Shown piece by piece: positions 39,872-51,705 of a stretch of 64,000 nt of DNA. The notes under the pieces were generated by a model. That model made no database searches. It was not told where the DNA came from and was given only the letters and a program-made list of their open reading frames with translations. Location: the NCBI RefSeq assembly GCF_006345805.1, contig NC_043008.1, positions 34,286,001 through 34,350,000 on the forward strand, given 5' to 3'. Source of the stretch: Octopus sinensis. Taxonomy: Eukaryota. Position 1 is the first letter of the stretch; the number at the start of each line of letters is the position of its first letter. The position numbers were made by a program, and so were the translations under genes.

Positions 39872-41287
39872 ATACAAAAGTATGTACACCCTAAAGGAAA
39901 TTTACTACATTCAATATTTTATCCACTTTTTTTTTACTAAATTCAGATATTGCTGATAATTTCAATTCTGATAAATCATTTCTTCTGGCATTTTTGCACC
40001 AGTCATTGTTATTGCATCTGCAGGATTTTTTATTTGTGTACCATGGTGAAAAATCTTCTTCATTGTGATTAAAATGGCACTAAAAGGAAAAGAATTGTCT
40101 GAAGATTTGAAGAAAATGCACAAAAATGGTTTAGGATACAAGTTAATTAGCAAACAGATACATATTAGTGTAAACACAGTTGCCAAAGTAATTCAGAAGT
40201 ACAAAGCTACTGGACGGCTCTGCAATAAACATCATCCAGGTCGACTTCTGTTTTAACTGCACATGATATTTACCACATCCAATATTGTATGATAGTCGAC
40301 AGGTGTTGTACCACTTTATTTTTGTCCCAAGAAGTGTCTTCCGTTAGTGTATCCACCCAAACAGTTCAACAAAGTTTGAACCAGTGTGGTCTTCATGGAC
40401 ACATTCTTCGTAGGAAACCTCTCCTCACTACCAGGCATAAATCAAGTTGTCTTTCTTTTGCCAAAATCTATGTAACTAAGGGGAAGGAGTTTTGGAATAA
40501 AATTCTTTTTTCTGACAACACTAAAATCAACTTGTTTGAGTCAGATGGTATTAAATGAGTATGGCTACGACCAGGTGACTATAATAGCGACAAATGCACC
40601 ATGTCTACTGCGAAACAGCAGCGGATGTGTTATGCATTGGGGATGCATTAGTGTGGCTAGTGTGGGAGGAATCAAATTTATTGAGAGAACAATGGATTCA
40701 AGGCTTTATTGTTATATACTGCAGAAAACAATGTTGAAAGACATCAAGGAATTAGGAAGTCATTCCACGTTCCGACATGATAATGACCCTTAATACACTT
40801 CAAAGATGATGACTAAGTTTTTATCAGATAAAAAGTTAAAGGTATTGCTTTGGCCTACCATGTCACCTGACTGAAACCCAATCTGTGGGGGTGAAAAGGA
40901 AGGTTGAGGAGAAAAAAACCCCACAATGTAACACAGCTGAAAAACATCATTCATGATGAATAGAGGTCAATTTTATCAGTTATATGCAGAAATTTAGGCA
41001 ACTCTATGCCCAGAAGACTTAATGCAGTCATTGAAAGCAAGGGTGGTCACACCAAATATATTGAAAATAGCAAGTAATCCTTTACGGTGTACATATTTTT
41101 TGTATCATTTGAAAATTAATATTTTGTTCATATCTTTGAAAATGTTTATTGGTTTGTGTTCCAAATTTGTGTAATGTTTGCATGTATATATTTAATTCAG
41201 TATAATTTTCATTTGATTTTCTTTAATTTATCAGAGTAATGGGGTGTACATGCTTTAGGGGTATACATGCTTCTGTGAGATATTATA
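39872..41287 (+). mobile_element. Tc1 (DD34E) transposon, IR/DR type, left end truncated
   Basis: Inverted repeat atacaaaagtatgtacaccctaaagga (39872-39898) versus 41078-41105. Further DR copies at 41241-41280 ending tgagatattaTA. Confidence 0.85.
40074..41064 (+). pseudogene. Tc1 transposase pseudogene
   Basis: MALKGKELSEDLK..HKNGLGYKLISKQ; RRKPLL..FW.KILFSD.TKINLF; GCVMHWGC; HDNDP-x-WPTMSPD*NPI; MPRRLNAVIESKGGHTKY. Multiple stops and frameshifts; D-to-E spacing 34. Confidence 0.92.
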
Positions 41288-41984
41288 TATACATATATAT
41301 TTGTTTAGCAGTTATTAGTGGTTAAAGCATATAACTGGTCAGAATAGAACGTTACCAACAGTTTTGAATTAACTAATGCACTTGGTAGTATTGGCACTTC
41401 AGATGTGCCAAAAGTGTAAAGCCTCTTTTATGTAAAAGTTATACAAGACTAGTTGGCTTAGAGTTGGTAAAAAAACCAAAATGAAATGTGAAAAGATATA
41501 TAACATTATCTGGAAAAGTAGAAGAGTTGCCTCCCATGGTTGCACTGTATCACCAGTGTGTGTGTATGTGTGTACATGCCTGCTGTTCTCTTGTCCAAAG
41601 ATAATCTTGGTTATTGTATGCCCAGGTAAATTTCTGTTCATGAGGGCAGCAGCTGAATATCTTGATTGTGTGTGTGTATGCATACACACATACACAAATA
41701 CCACTTCATGTTCAACAGTTTTTGATCATACCACTGACTCCATTAATATGTCACATTAACTTATTGCTGAGTGGGTACTCTGTCACTCGATACTCATTTG
41801 AGTTAGATGACTGGACTAGAGTAATATGAAGTAAAGTCTCTTTCCCAAGAACATAATGCACTTCTTCAGTTGGAATTTGAACCCATGCCCTTGACTGAGA
41901 GCCTAGTTGACTAATCACTCGGTCATGCACCTATCTATCTATCTATATATATATATACATACACACACACACACACGTATCCAG

Positions 41985-42445
41985 CAGTCGTTGAAGCAAC
42001 ACGTTTTTGTTTGTCTCCCGCGGCCATAAGGCACAACTCCATAAGCCAGCCCCAACTCAACTCGTCCTGTCGAAAGACCCTTGTCCTACGTCCTGGTTTT
42101 GTTTTTTATCCTTACCTTTATTGTTTTTACGTTTTTGTATTCTTATTCGTGCTTTCCTTATTGTTTTCACGTATTTCTGTATTTTTATTCGTGTACATCG
42201 TTCGTTTTCCGTCCTTGTGTTGTATACATTCGAAGCTTTCTTCCAAGGGATCTAATGCGCTTGGCTTAGATTTCCCTTGGGGGCTGCCCAGGTCAGAGCA
42301 ATCTCAAGATTAATCAGCCGAAATTGCGAAGATGATCCGGTTCTTGACTGATGACTGAGGGCTTCGAATGTCCCATCCTGTGGTTCTTGTGTCGTCTTCT
42401 AGGTGTTTCATGTTCTTGTCCCAGTTTGTATATATTTTTTACTTT
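41985..42445 (+). mobile_element. Retroelement 3' UTR-like fragment
   Basis: T-rich body; 3' part homologous to 8640-8815. Family not identified. Confidence 0.5.
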
Positions 42446-42541
42446 TTACATATATATATATATATATATATCAGCATGTATGTATATTGAGAATAACAAG
42501 GTAGTCAGCATGTTGGATGATTATATATATTTTTATTTACA

Positions 42542-42580
42542 TTTTTAGCACTTTCGTCTGTTATGGGATTTATCAAAAAA
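42542..42580 (-). ncRNA. Hammerhead-like motif, U3-A8 core variant, stem II decayed
   Basis: Minus strand TTTT-TTGATAA-A-TCCC ataa CAGA-C-GAAA-G tg CT-A-AAAA. Confidence 0.45.
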
Positions 42581-44485
42581 GTAGTTTACAGTAAGTTTGC
42601 TTTGCCATTTTATATAAAATTGAAAATGATGTTTCAGAGAGTGAGAGAAAAAGAGAGAAAGGAGGGAGGGGGTGAGAGAGAAGGAGAGCGTGAGAGATAG
42701 TGAAGATAGAGAAAAGAAAGTTGGAGTGTTTTGTATTCTTGTCTTTTTTTTTTTGGTAGAGGTGCAAAGGAAGGGAAAAGAAAGAAAAAGTTTGAGAGGG
42801 AGCAGGAGGTATGGCTTTTGGAGGAGGCATGGCTTTTGAACCAGTGTGGTCAGACTTGTTTGATTGGGATTCAATATGTTGCTCTTTTTCCACCTAGTGA
42901 CCTTTTTGGTGGGGAGGAAGAATTTTTTTTATTCAAGTGGTCAAAGTTTTTAATTGGAAAACCAGATGTTGTTTTTGATTTTCTTCAGTAAGAATTACAA
43001 TTAAATTTCAAGGTCTTGTTTTTTAATTCTTTTGTATTCATTAACATAAGGAGGAGAGAATGGTTGTATGGATGTGATCAAACTTTTTGATTAAAATTCC
43101 AGATGATATTTTTGATTTAGCTGTGTATGGCTATATTTTTGAAAGAATGATTTTTAAGCAAGTATAGTTATGATTTTAAATACGATCTGAAAAAAGTTTA
43201 AGTGTAGGAAAGCATTTCCCAATTGTAAATATGATCTGAATTTCTTTAAAAAAATCATAAATATCATCCGAGTCTAAAAAAAGGGGATGGAATCTAAATG
43301 TCAATGAAAATATACCTTTCTTAAGTGAATATATTCACAATTATAAATACAATCTAAATCAAAGGATCAGGATCTACATATCATAAGGAATCATAAATAT
43401 AACCTGAATGGGGCAGGAGAAAAAGTCGGAATGTCCATGGAAATATACCCTCTTCCCAGTGATGATCGGTTTCATACAGGTTATGTTTGGAGGGGACCGA
43501 ACATGGGTATTTTACTTCTTTCCAATCGTATTTTCTGGGAATGTTGGTATAGTATTTTGGTATGGTACCTCGATTTATTCCATTTTATTTGATGGGGCAT
43601 ACCTGTATATTGATGTAATTTTTTCAACTGTTTAATTTTTGTTGAGGACTTTTTTATGAAATATAGTTCCACTGTCTTTCGGAACTCTGGGTTGTTCTTT
43701 GAATTTTCCTTCCCCACATATTTCCAAATGTTTGCTCTTTCCTTTTTTTCAACCATTTAACTTTGGTGAGAACTTCTTAATGAAATATAATTCCATTGTT
43801 TTTCAGAAGTCTGGGTTATTCCTTGAGCATTTATTGAAGGGAAAGATCTTGAATTTTTCTTCTCCACATATTTCCAAATGTTTGCTCAGTGGAATTTTCC
43901 ATAGTTCTTCCTGTAAGATGTTCTGTCTGTGGATTCTTGCGCATTGGCAAAATGAATTATTGGTTTCACCAATATAATTCTCCTTGCATTTGGGGCAAGT
44001 AATGCAGATGAAATTTTGTGTCTTGCAGTTCATATTTGCATTTACTTTGAATACGAATCCACTCTTAAATATTATGTGGATGTCCCCATCTGTATATTTG
44101 AAGTTATTATTGTTGCATATTCCACATCTGCTATCTTTACCTTCCTTTACGGAGAATCCCGTTTCATTCTCTGATATGAATTTTGCCCTTGAGCTGTTTT
44201 TCAAGGTTTTTTTCCTGGCATTTACTATTTCATAGGTAGCTTTTATCTATCAGGTCTCTCATTTTGGGGCTCTGTAAGACATGAAAAATGTTGGGGCTCT
44301 GTATAACATGGAAAATCTTGGTTAGAATAATAAACTTCTTTTCTAACCTGTTCCTTCTTGCTAATTTGTTCCTCTCTCTCCCTCCCTCTCTCTCTTTTTC
44401 TTGCTCTGTGTCTCTCTCCCCCTTTCTAAAACACCATCAGTTTCAATTTCATATAAAAAGGTGAAGCAAACTTACTATAAGCCAC

Positions 44486-44524
44486 TTTTTTGATAAATCT
44501 GATAACAGAAGAAAGCGCTAAGAA
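44486..44524 (+). ncRNA. Hammerhead-like motif, U3-A8 core variant
   Basis: TTTT-TTGATAA-A-TCTG ataa CAGA-A-GAAA-G cg CT-A-AGAA; stem III is the palindrome AGCGCT. Confidence 0.5.
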
Positions 44525-44614
44525 TGTAAATAAAAATATATATAATCATTCAACATTCTGACTACCTTGTTATTCTCAATACACAATATCTGTACATGAC
44601 TTCAAAAACTCTCT

Positions 44615-44656
<42 letters not shown>

Positions 44657-44699
44657 CAAAAGTTAAACAGAGAAGGGAAAATAGTTGAAAACTGGGCGC

Positions 44700-45270
44700 A
44701 AACATAACGGACAGAAAAGGGAGACAACGCACCTCCATATACATATATATATATATTGATTTGGTAATATAAGTCCTAGAAATAGAGATAGTTTCAATAA
44801 ATCAAGAATCTCTGTTGGATGGTATCTGTATCCGTCTTTGTTGTTCAAGCACATATCACTGGCCACTCTGTGATATTTCTCTTCGCTTGCTTTTCTTTAA
44901 ATTATGCAAATTAATTAGGCCAGAAGTATGTTTCACTCATTTTGTTTATGTGTAAGTCTCTTGGCTACTGAGGATAAAGTTAGGCCAATTGTTATGCTGA
45001 TGACACCTACTGAGGCAGAAATACATGTCCACGACTGTCCTTTTACCTGCAGACAATAAGTCTGCTTGTTTCCTAATTGGCATATCAGCTTGAGAAAATC
45101 CTTGATTCATTAGATTATCTCCCTTGTTCATATGAGGTTGATCTCAATTGCCATTTGGTAATTGTGATGCATCCTCTAAAGGTGGAGATAATATTAATAT
45201 AGCAAGAATTTATATTGTATGATATTTGGCATGCCTTCATTGTCTATATTGTTCAAATATATGCCATTTG
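44700..45270. mobile_element. Probable Penelope-type terminal fragment (orientation ambiguous)
   Basis: Weak GIY-YIG C-terminal-like peptides on both strands; contains a hammerhead motif. Confidence 0.45.
44991..45035 (+). ncRNA. Type I hammerhead motif decayed at CpG sites
   Basis: GTTATG-CTGATGA-caCCT actg AGGca-GAAA-TA ca TGT-C-CACGAC; intact core and GUC triplet. Confidence 0.6.
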
Positions 45271-45747
45271 TCATACTGAGTTATTTCACTTAATTGTGTG
45301 TGTGTGTGTGTAAGGTATTCATTTATTCAACGAATTGAAATAAAGGCTTGATCCCATCACAAACAAAAGCGTGAAACCTTAGTTTTAAATAAATGAATAA
45401 ACTACTTGATGAATTGAATATTTAGTCTCTAATTTTTATGTTCATGTGTGTGTGTGTGTGTGTGTGTGTGTATCAATGCGTAGAGGGATGTAATACAAAA
45501 GTTTGTTCTTTTTTGTTTTTATCTCAGTACTATACTCCAAAGACTTTCATGAAACCAGTTACACAGATTGGCAACAAAGTTGGCTGCACTGGTTCAAGTA
45601 GAACACTCTTTAACCTATAAATGGTAAGATGCAAAGCAAAATACATCATTTCATAATTCTAGATTGAATGTCTTTGTAATTTATTGCAGACACAAACCCC
45701 TGCATGTAGATGTGTCGAGTAGTGTGTCCTTGGGAAAAACACTAAAC

Positions 45748-45968
45748 TGTTACTTATTACTTTATTGCCCACAAGGGGCTAGAGGGGACAACAAGGACAA
45801 ACAAAGGGATTAAGTCGATGACATCGACCCCGGTACGTAACTGGTACTTATTTAATCGACCTCGAAAGGATGAAAGGCAAAGTTGATCTCAGTGGAATTT
45901 GAACTCAGAACGTAACGGCAGACGAAATAGTGCTAAGCATTTCGCCTGGTGTGCTAACGTTTCTGCAG
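45748..45968 (-). mobile_element. SINE family B
   Basis: Reverse complement of the 32973 type. Confidence 0.85.
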
Positions 45969-46039
45969 GCAACTTCATGCCAAATTCATTCGGATGTAAG
46001 AAATCAAGATCTTTTCAGACTTGTAGCATTGAGTTTTAC

Positions 46040-46350
46040 AAAAGCATCTGGCACACTGCTTCACTCTCATGATGTTTATCTAATCTTGCTTCAATGCAAG
46101 AAGTCTTGGAGGCCACTGATATTACAAATACAGATGATGCAGCATTACTTGCTCATTCAATGGATGAACTTTGATCATAGAATATGGTACTGGCTCATTT
46201 TGTTTCAGAATACATATACCTTGCCTTCAAACCAATATACAAGGGAACAATCTATCTGCCAAGGATATTTTCATATTCCTTGGATTTACCATCACCAACA
46301 AAAAACTTCCAGATGCACATATTGTAGCAGAACTACTTTTAGTGGGGAGG
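46040..46350 (+). pseudogene. Old non-LTR reverse-transcriptase fragment (RTE-like)
   Basis: ATDITNTDDAALLAHSMDEL resembles the YADD region. Confidence 0.5.
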
Positions 46351-46964
46351 CTTAAGAACCTGTGCATGGAACAATGAAAAAATCTCTGCTTCAATATCAA
46401 AATCTATGGACTTGGATTAAAGTGTACCCTTGCTTGAGAATTAAACATGGACACCATTATGAATACCATCACAATCAACATCCACATCATCACCATTATC
46501 ATCATCATAATCATTTAATATCTACTTTTCTTTGCTTGCATGGGTCAAACAGAATTTGCTGAGGTAGATTTTCTACAGCCAGAAGCCTTTGTCTCCAAGC
46601 AAGGCAATATTTCCACACGACATGACATTTTTCAGAATTCCAATTTGGTATTGAATGAAGTCTACATGGTGGAGGTGTAACCGACAGTTAAAAGAGCTTG
46701 CTGCAAAAGTAACAACAACGTTGCAAAAGGGAGCCATTGAGGGCAACATATACAGAAGAATGGTCTGTAAGCAAAAGCAAAGAAAACTGTGTTAAAGATA
46801 GCCATGAAAGTATAAGTTGGTGTAAGCTAGTGTCCCAATTTCAATAATCTTGTTAGTAACAATGATAGCTGATTTTAGAAAAATTGCAGCTTTCATGAGA
46901 GGTTAGTCTGAGAAATGAAAGTGGAGGAAAGGTCACATAAACCAAAGTTATATATGATGCTCAC

Positions 46965-47008
46965 CTTTCAGCAGAAGTCTGGTTCATTTCCAAGCCACAT
47001 TTAAAGGG
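46965..47008 (-). CDS. SNX27: Probable SNX27 C-terminal microexon, 44 nt, phase 0 to 2
   Basis: CTAAC branch motif about 28 nt upstream; ttttaattcag|CCC...GAA AG|gtgagc. Open in the phase set by the previous exon (PFKCGLEMNQTSAE+AG). No homology support recalled. Confidence 0.7.
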
Positions 47009-47924
47009 CTGAATTAAAATACAAAGGGACATAGGTTAGAAATGAAAAAAAAATGTATATAACTTTTTCTCAACTTTTCTTTTCGTGTTCCAGTGTTTGC
47101 AGGGATTAAAGAAGTCTGTCAATCACAAATGACTGAGGAGGCAAAAGACCGTAAACATCTCTAGACAATTGCAAATAACCCTCCCTGCTAAATCATGTTA
47201 AATCTTGCCCTCAATTATAACATAGCAGCTAAGGGCCAAATCCACAGAAAATTCTATACTCTGCATAGAGCAGCAGCACCAATACCACCACCACCAAGTC
47301 CCCATGCGCTAATTGCTACAGCCAGTCTTTCCTCACCATAGTGTCATCCCACTGAAAGCCCTCCCAGCTCATATGTTTTCCTGCACAAATCAACTTGTAA
47401 CTGTTTAAGAGGAATGTTAACCATGTCAAACTCACTGATGTTGGCAGGCCTTACAAATGTCAAGAGCACAGCCTCTTAATTCAGATCAAACCAATAAATG
47501 AGAAAAAATATTTCTGAAACTTCAGTAAAATTAATGACATTGTTGAGTTTCAAGTCAACAGTGATTGATCAAATCTATGATCAAAAGTACTGCCACTATG
47601 ACCATCCTGTCCTTTTTTAATATCTAGGACTATATTAGCTAAAGTTTCCTTTTTTTAAAACAGTTGTGAGATGTGAAGGAAATGCAACTGCTATTTCTAA
47701 TGAGTTATGTGACTACATTTATGCTCCTTCATTAGGTTGGGCTTCCTATGTTCTTATAGTTGGTATAAGCAAAGTCCTAACCAGTTTTTCATCTAAGAAT
47801 ATTCTGAAACAACAGAACATTAGGCTACAGTGATATAATATTAAATCCCGTCTAAGAGGAACTGAGAAGTAGATGGATATTCCCTTCTTTATCTTACTAA
47901 TTAAATAATCATAATAATGGTTTC

Positions 47925-48095
47925 AAATTCTGACACAAGGCCAGCAATTCTGGGGTAGTGGGTAAGTTGATTACATCAACTGGTAACTTATTTTATTGAA
48001 AGGCAAAGTTGACCTTGGCAGAATTTGAACTCAGAACATAAAGACAGACAATGCCACTAAACATTTTGCCTGTCATATTAACATTTCTATTAGCT
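47925..48095 (-). mobile_element. SINE family B, degenerate
   Basis: aaggcaaagttgaccttggcagaatttgaactcagaac. Confidence 0.7.
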
Positions 48096-48109
48096 AGTTG
48101 CACCATCAT

Positions 48110-48145
48110 CTTCATCATCATAATAGTAATAATAATAATAATATC

Positions 48146-48179
<34 letters not shown>

Positions 48180-48242
48180 TAATAATAATAAAATAATAAT
48201 TAATTAATAATAATAATAATAATAATAATAATGATAATCATG

Positions 48243-48282
<40 letters not shown>

Positions 48283-48305
48283 TAATAATAATAAAATAAT
48301 AATTA

Positions 48306-48346
<41 letters not shown>

Positions 48347-48405
48347 TGATGATAACAAAAATAATAGTAATAGTAGTAGTAGTAACAATAATAATAATAA
48401 TAAAT
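48110..48405. repeat. (AAT)n microsatellite with a duplicated internal block
   Basis: gataataataataaaataataattaattaataat occurs twice. Confidence 0.95.
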
Positions 48406-48645
48406 GCCTTGATGCTTGCGCTGTTTATCTCGATATAAGATAACCATGTCATGCACATGTGGTTGTGATGCATATGCCTGGTTTACCCTTATCAGACAGA
48501 TAGTCATGATGGGTATATTGGGCTTCGTATAATTGTACCCCAGTGTCACTTTGATAGCAAGCGCTACACTCTCACTCAATAACAATAATAATATATACCA
48601 ATTCTAGAGTGGAGAGGTAATAACATGAAGTAGAAGATGAGCAGA

Positions 48646-48687
<42 letters not shown>

Positions 48688-49182
48688 GGAAGAAGAGTAA
48701 ACTAAAAGATGAAGATGTAATTGAAAAATATATAATAAAACAGAGAAAATGTAAACACGTTAGAATTATATAAGGAATACACCACGCAAAAGTTACTGTA
48801 TCCATCTAATACATGCACATACTATTATAATTATCTTGAATTTGTTTCATTACTTTTTGTTAGTATTGTATACTAGCATTTTTATACATTAGTCACACAC
48901 AGTTCAACCACAGAAATATCTTATGCTTGTTTGAATGTGTGCTGTAATTAGGCTTAATGTTTGCAATATGTGTCTGTATGTGTGTGTGTGTTTGTGTGTG
49001 TGAGTTACATTCTCCTTGCCTTAACATCGCATGATAGTTGTAAAGGGATGTCACTGTCATGCAAGTGGTGTCCATTGTTTCCAATCTTGCGTGAAAACAT
49101 GTCTGGCCATGGGGAAATATTACCTGGATTTGGAAATGAGTGCGGGTTGGTCACAGGAAATCTGCCTTAACAGATTCTTATT

Positions 49183-49408
49183 TCTTTATTGCCCACAAGG
49201 GGGGCTAAACACAGAGGGGACAAACAAGGACAGACAAAGGGATTAAGTCGATTACATCAACCCCAGTGAGTAACTAGTACTTAATTTATTGACCCTAAAA
49301 GGATGAAAGGCAAAGTTGAGTTCGGCGGAATTTGAACTCAGAACGTAACGGCAGACAAAATACCGCTAAGCATTTCACCCGGCGTGCTAACGATTCTGCC
49401 AGCTCACT
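49183..49408 (-). mobile_element. SINE family B
   Basis: Near full-length reverse-complement copy. Confidence 0.85.
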
Positions 49409-50231
49409 GCCATTCTGCCGTAACAGATTCTGTTCAACCCTTTCAATCATGAAAAAGTAGACATTAAAATGAAGATATTGAGGATGATGATGATAGTGAC
49501 GATGATGATGACGATGACGTAGTTATTTGTGTTACTATGTGTGTGTGTGTTGTGTAAGTATGCCATATGTGTGAGCTGATTAGGGATGGAATTATGTATG
49601 TGTGCATTTATTGCATGTATGTTAGTTCTTTAAATTGTGTGCATTTATAGTGGGGTTTTTTTCTTGCAATCTATGTGGGATGCTGTGCTGCGTGTATGTG
49701 TATGCAACATGTTTATGATGTGTATGTGTGTATGTGTGTATGCATGTAGTTTTGCCTGAATATATATGTATGTTGCTCTTAGTGGTGTATGTGTTTTTGA
49801 ATGTGTGTTTGTGTTGTTTTGTTTAAAGTATGCATATGCTTTTGTAACGTGTGTCTGTATGAACATGGGCAAACTAGGGACAGAGTTATATGTGTGTTTG
49901 TAGTATATTTTATGTGTATGTTGAAGTTTGAAAGGTACATTTTTTTTGTTTTGCTATATGACACACACTATATTTTCTGACGTACAAGTTGAATTTTTCA
50001 GACCAAAATTTAACAGCAATAAAAAGACAGGTCAACATATATGCCAAACCAGCTTTGGAAGACCAAAAATTCCATGTGAAATGCAGCAGGCATTGGAATG
50101 GCAGCAATTGTGTTTGAATGTCTACACTATATACTACATCAACTTGTGTGTTGGAAAGTACCGTGTCTGTGTTCTAGTGTGTCTGCAATGTATATGTGAC
50201 TATTGCATAAGTGTATGCATTTGTTAGTATT

Positions 50232-50608
50232 CTGTTTTTTATCTTCTACTTGTTTCAGTCATAAGACTGTGGCCATGCTGGGGCACTGCCTTGAGGAATG
50301 TTTAGTCGAATGAATCAACCTCAGTACTTATTTTTTGTTAAGCCTGTTACTCTATTGGTCTCTTTTGCCAAACAGCTAAGATACAGGGATGTAAACACAC
50401 CAACATCAGTTGTCAAGCTATAGCAAGGGACAAACAAAAACACACACATAAGATAAGTTTCTTTCAGCTTCTGTCCACCAAATCTTCTTACAAGGCTTTG
50501 GTTGGTCCAAGGCTATAGTAGAAGGCACTTGCCCAAGGTGCTACTCACTGGGACTGAAACCAGAACCATTTAGTTGGAAAGCAAGCTTCTTACCACACAG
50601 CCATGCCT
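50232..50608 (-). mobile_element. SINE family A
   Basis: Degenerate full-length copy. Confidence 0.8.
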
Positions 50609-51312
50609 ACGCCTGTTTTGCACACATTGGTATATTAATGTTGTGTGAATGTTGTTAGGTATACGCATGTGTATATGTTGCTTTCAATATGTGCATGTGT
50701 TTGTTATCTGTTTTGGAATGTGTTTATAACAGTATGTGTGTGTGTGTGTTGTGAAAATGTGTATGCCATGAGTGTGAGGTGATTAAAGGAAGTTGTCAAA
50801 GGAAAAGAAACTGAGAATTGAAATTGTGGAAGTAAAAGCTTGAAACATAAAGATGAATGAGAGATCAATGATCCAATATGAGAATGAAACCAAATACAAA
50901 GAGATGCCATATGGTGAGACCTGCAGAGTGAAAATGGCATGAGATGGGGAACTGTTGCCAAGCTAGCCAGTCCAATAATCAGAATGTTACAAAGGGACAA
51001 TTTCAGTGCAGCTAAAAGTGTTTATTGGATAGGCTGTTGGAATCCTGAGAGAGAGATGGTATTGATGAGGAATGGGTAGGTGTGATAATATGCTCAGGAG
51101 CATGGGAAAGAAGGGAGGGCTAGGTTAGAGAACATGCAGGAAGAGGCAGGGTCAGATTGGAGAATTTGGATGGCATACAGTATAAAGGATAATACAGTGG
51201 AAGGATGGTACACAAGAAGAATGGAAAGGTGGTTGGTATGTGAGTATATGTGTGTGAGTGTGTGTGTGTGTGTATATATATATATGTATATATATAAAGC
51301 AAATAAGTAACA

Positions 51313-51631
51313 AGGTACTTAAGTTGAGGTACCAAGTCAATCCGGTATTATCCACGCAACTCTAAGTAAGGTGAATAAAAGGTAAATAAGTAACAAGGAT
51401 GTTCTGGTATTAGTGCATTATGGCCATTTCAGGTGACCCCATTTAATCAAACAATGCAAGCATTATATCAAATTGATGTAATGTTTGCATTAAGCGATTA
51501 AATGGAGCTGCCTGAAATGGCCATAATGCACTAATACCTGAACATCCTTGTTACTTATTTACCTTTTATTCACCTTACTTAGAGCTGTGTGGATAATACA
51601 GGACTGACTTGGTACCTCAACTTAAGTACCT
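51313..51631. repeat. 319-bp near-perfect palindrome (foldback element)
   Basis: 159-bp arms centred on 51472, no indels, about 15 mismatches by eye. Confidence 0.95.
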
Positions 51632-51653
51632 AATTCAACTGATTCTTTTATAT

Positions 51654-51705
<52 letters not shown>

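Larger units (their letters stand above)
42481..44585 (-). mobile_element. Penelope-like element with GIY-YIG remnant and inverted terminal pLTR arms
   Basis: 43803-44204: CKTQNFICITCPKCKENYIGETNNSFCQCARIHRQ..PLSKHLEICG. Arms 42481-42635 and 44425-44585 are reverse complements. Confidence 0.85.

Noticed and set aside
42340-42375. CTGATGA...CGAATGTC (and CTGAAGA near 8680)
   Set aside because: No GAAA and no consistent stems I and II in either permutation.
46660-46800. TWWRCNRQLKELAA resembling an RLE non-LTR motif
   Set aside because: Too short and degenerate to call.
48200-48585. Poly-L/I/Y ORFs
   Set aside because: (AAT)n microsatellite.
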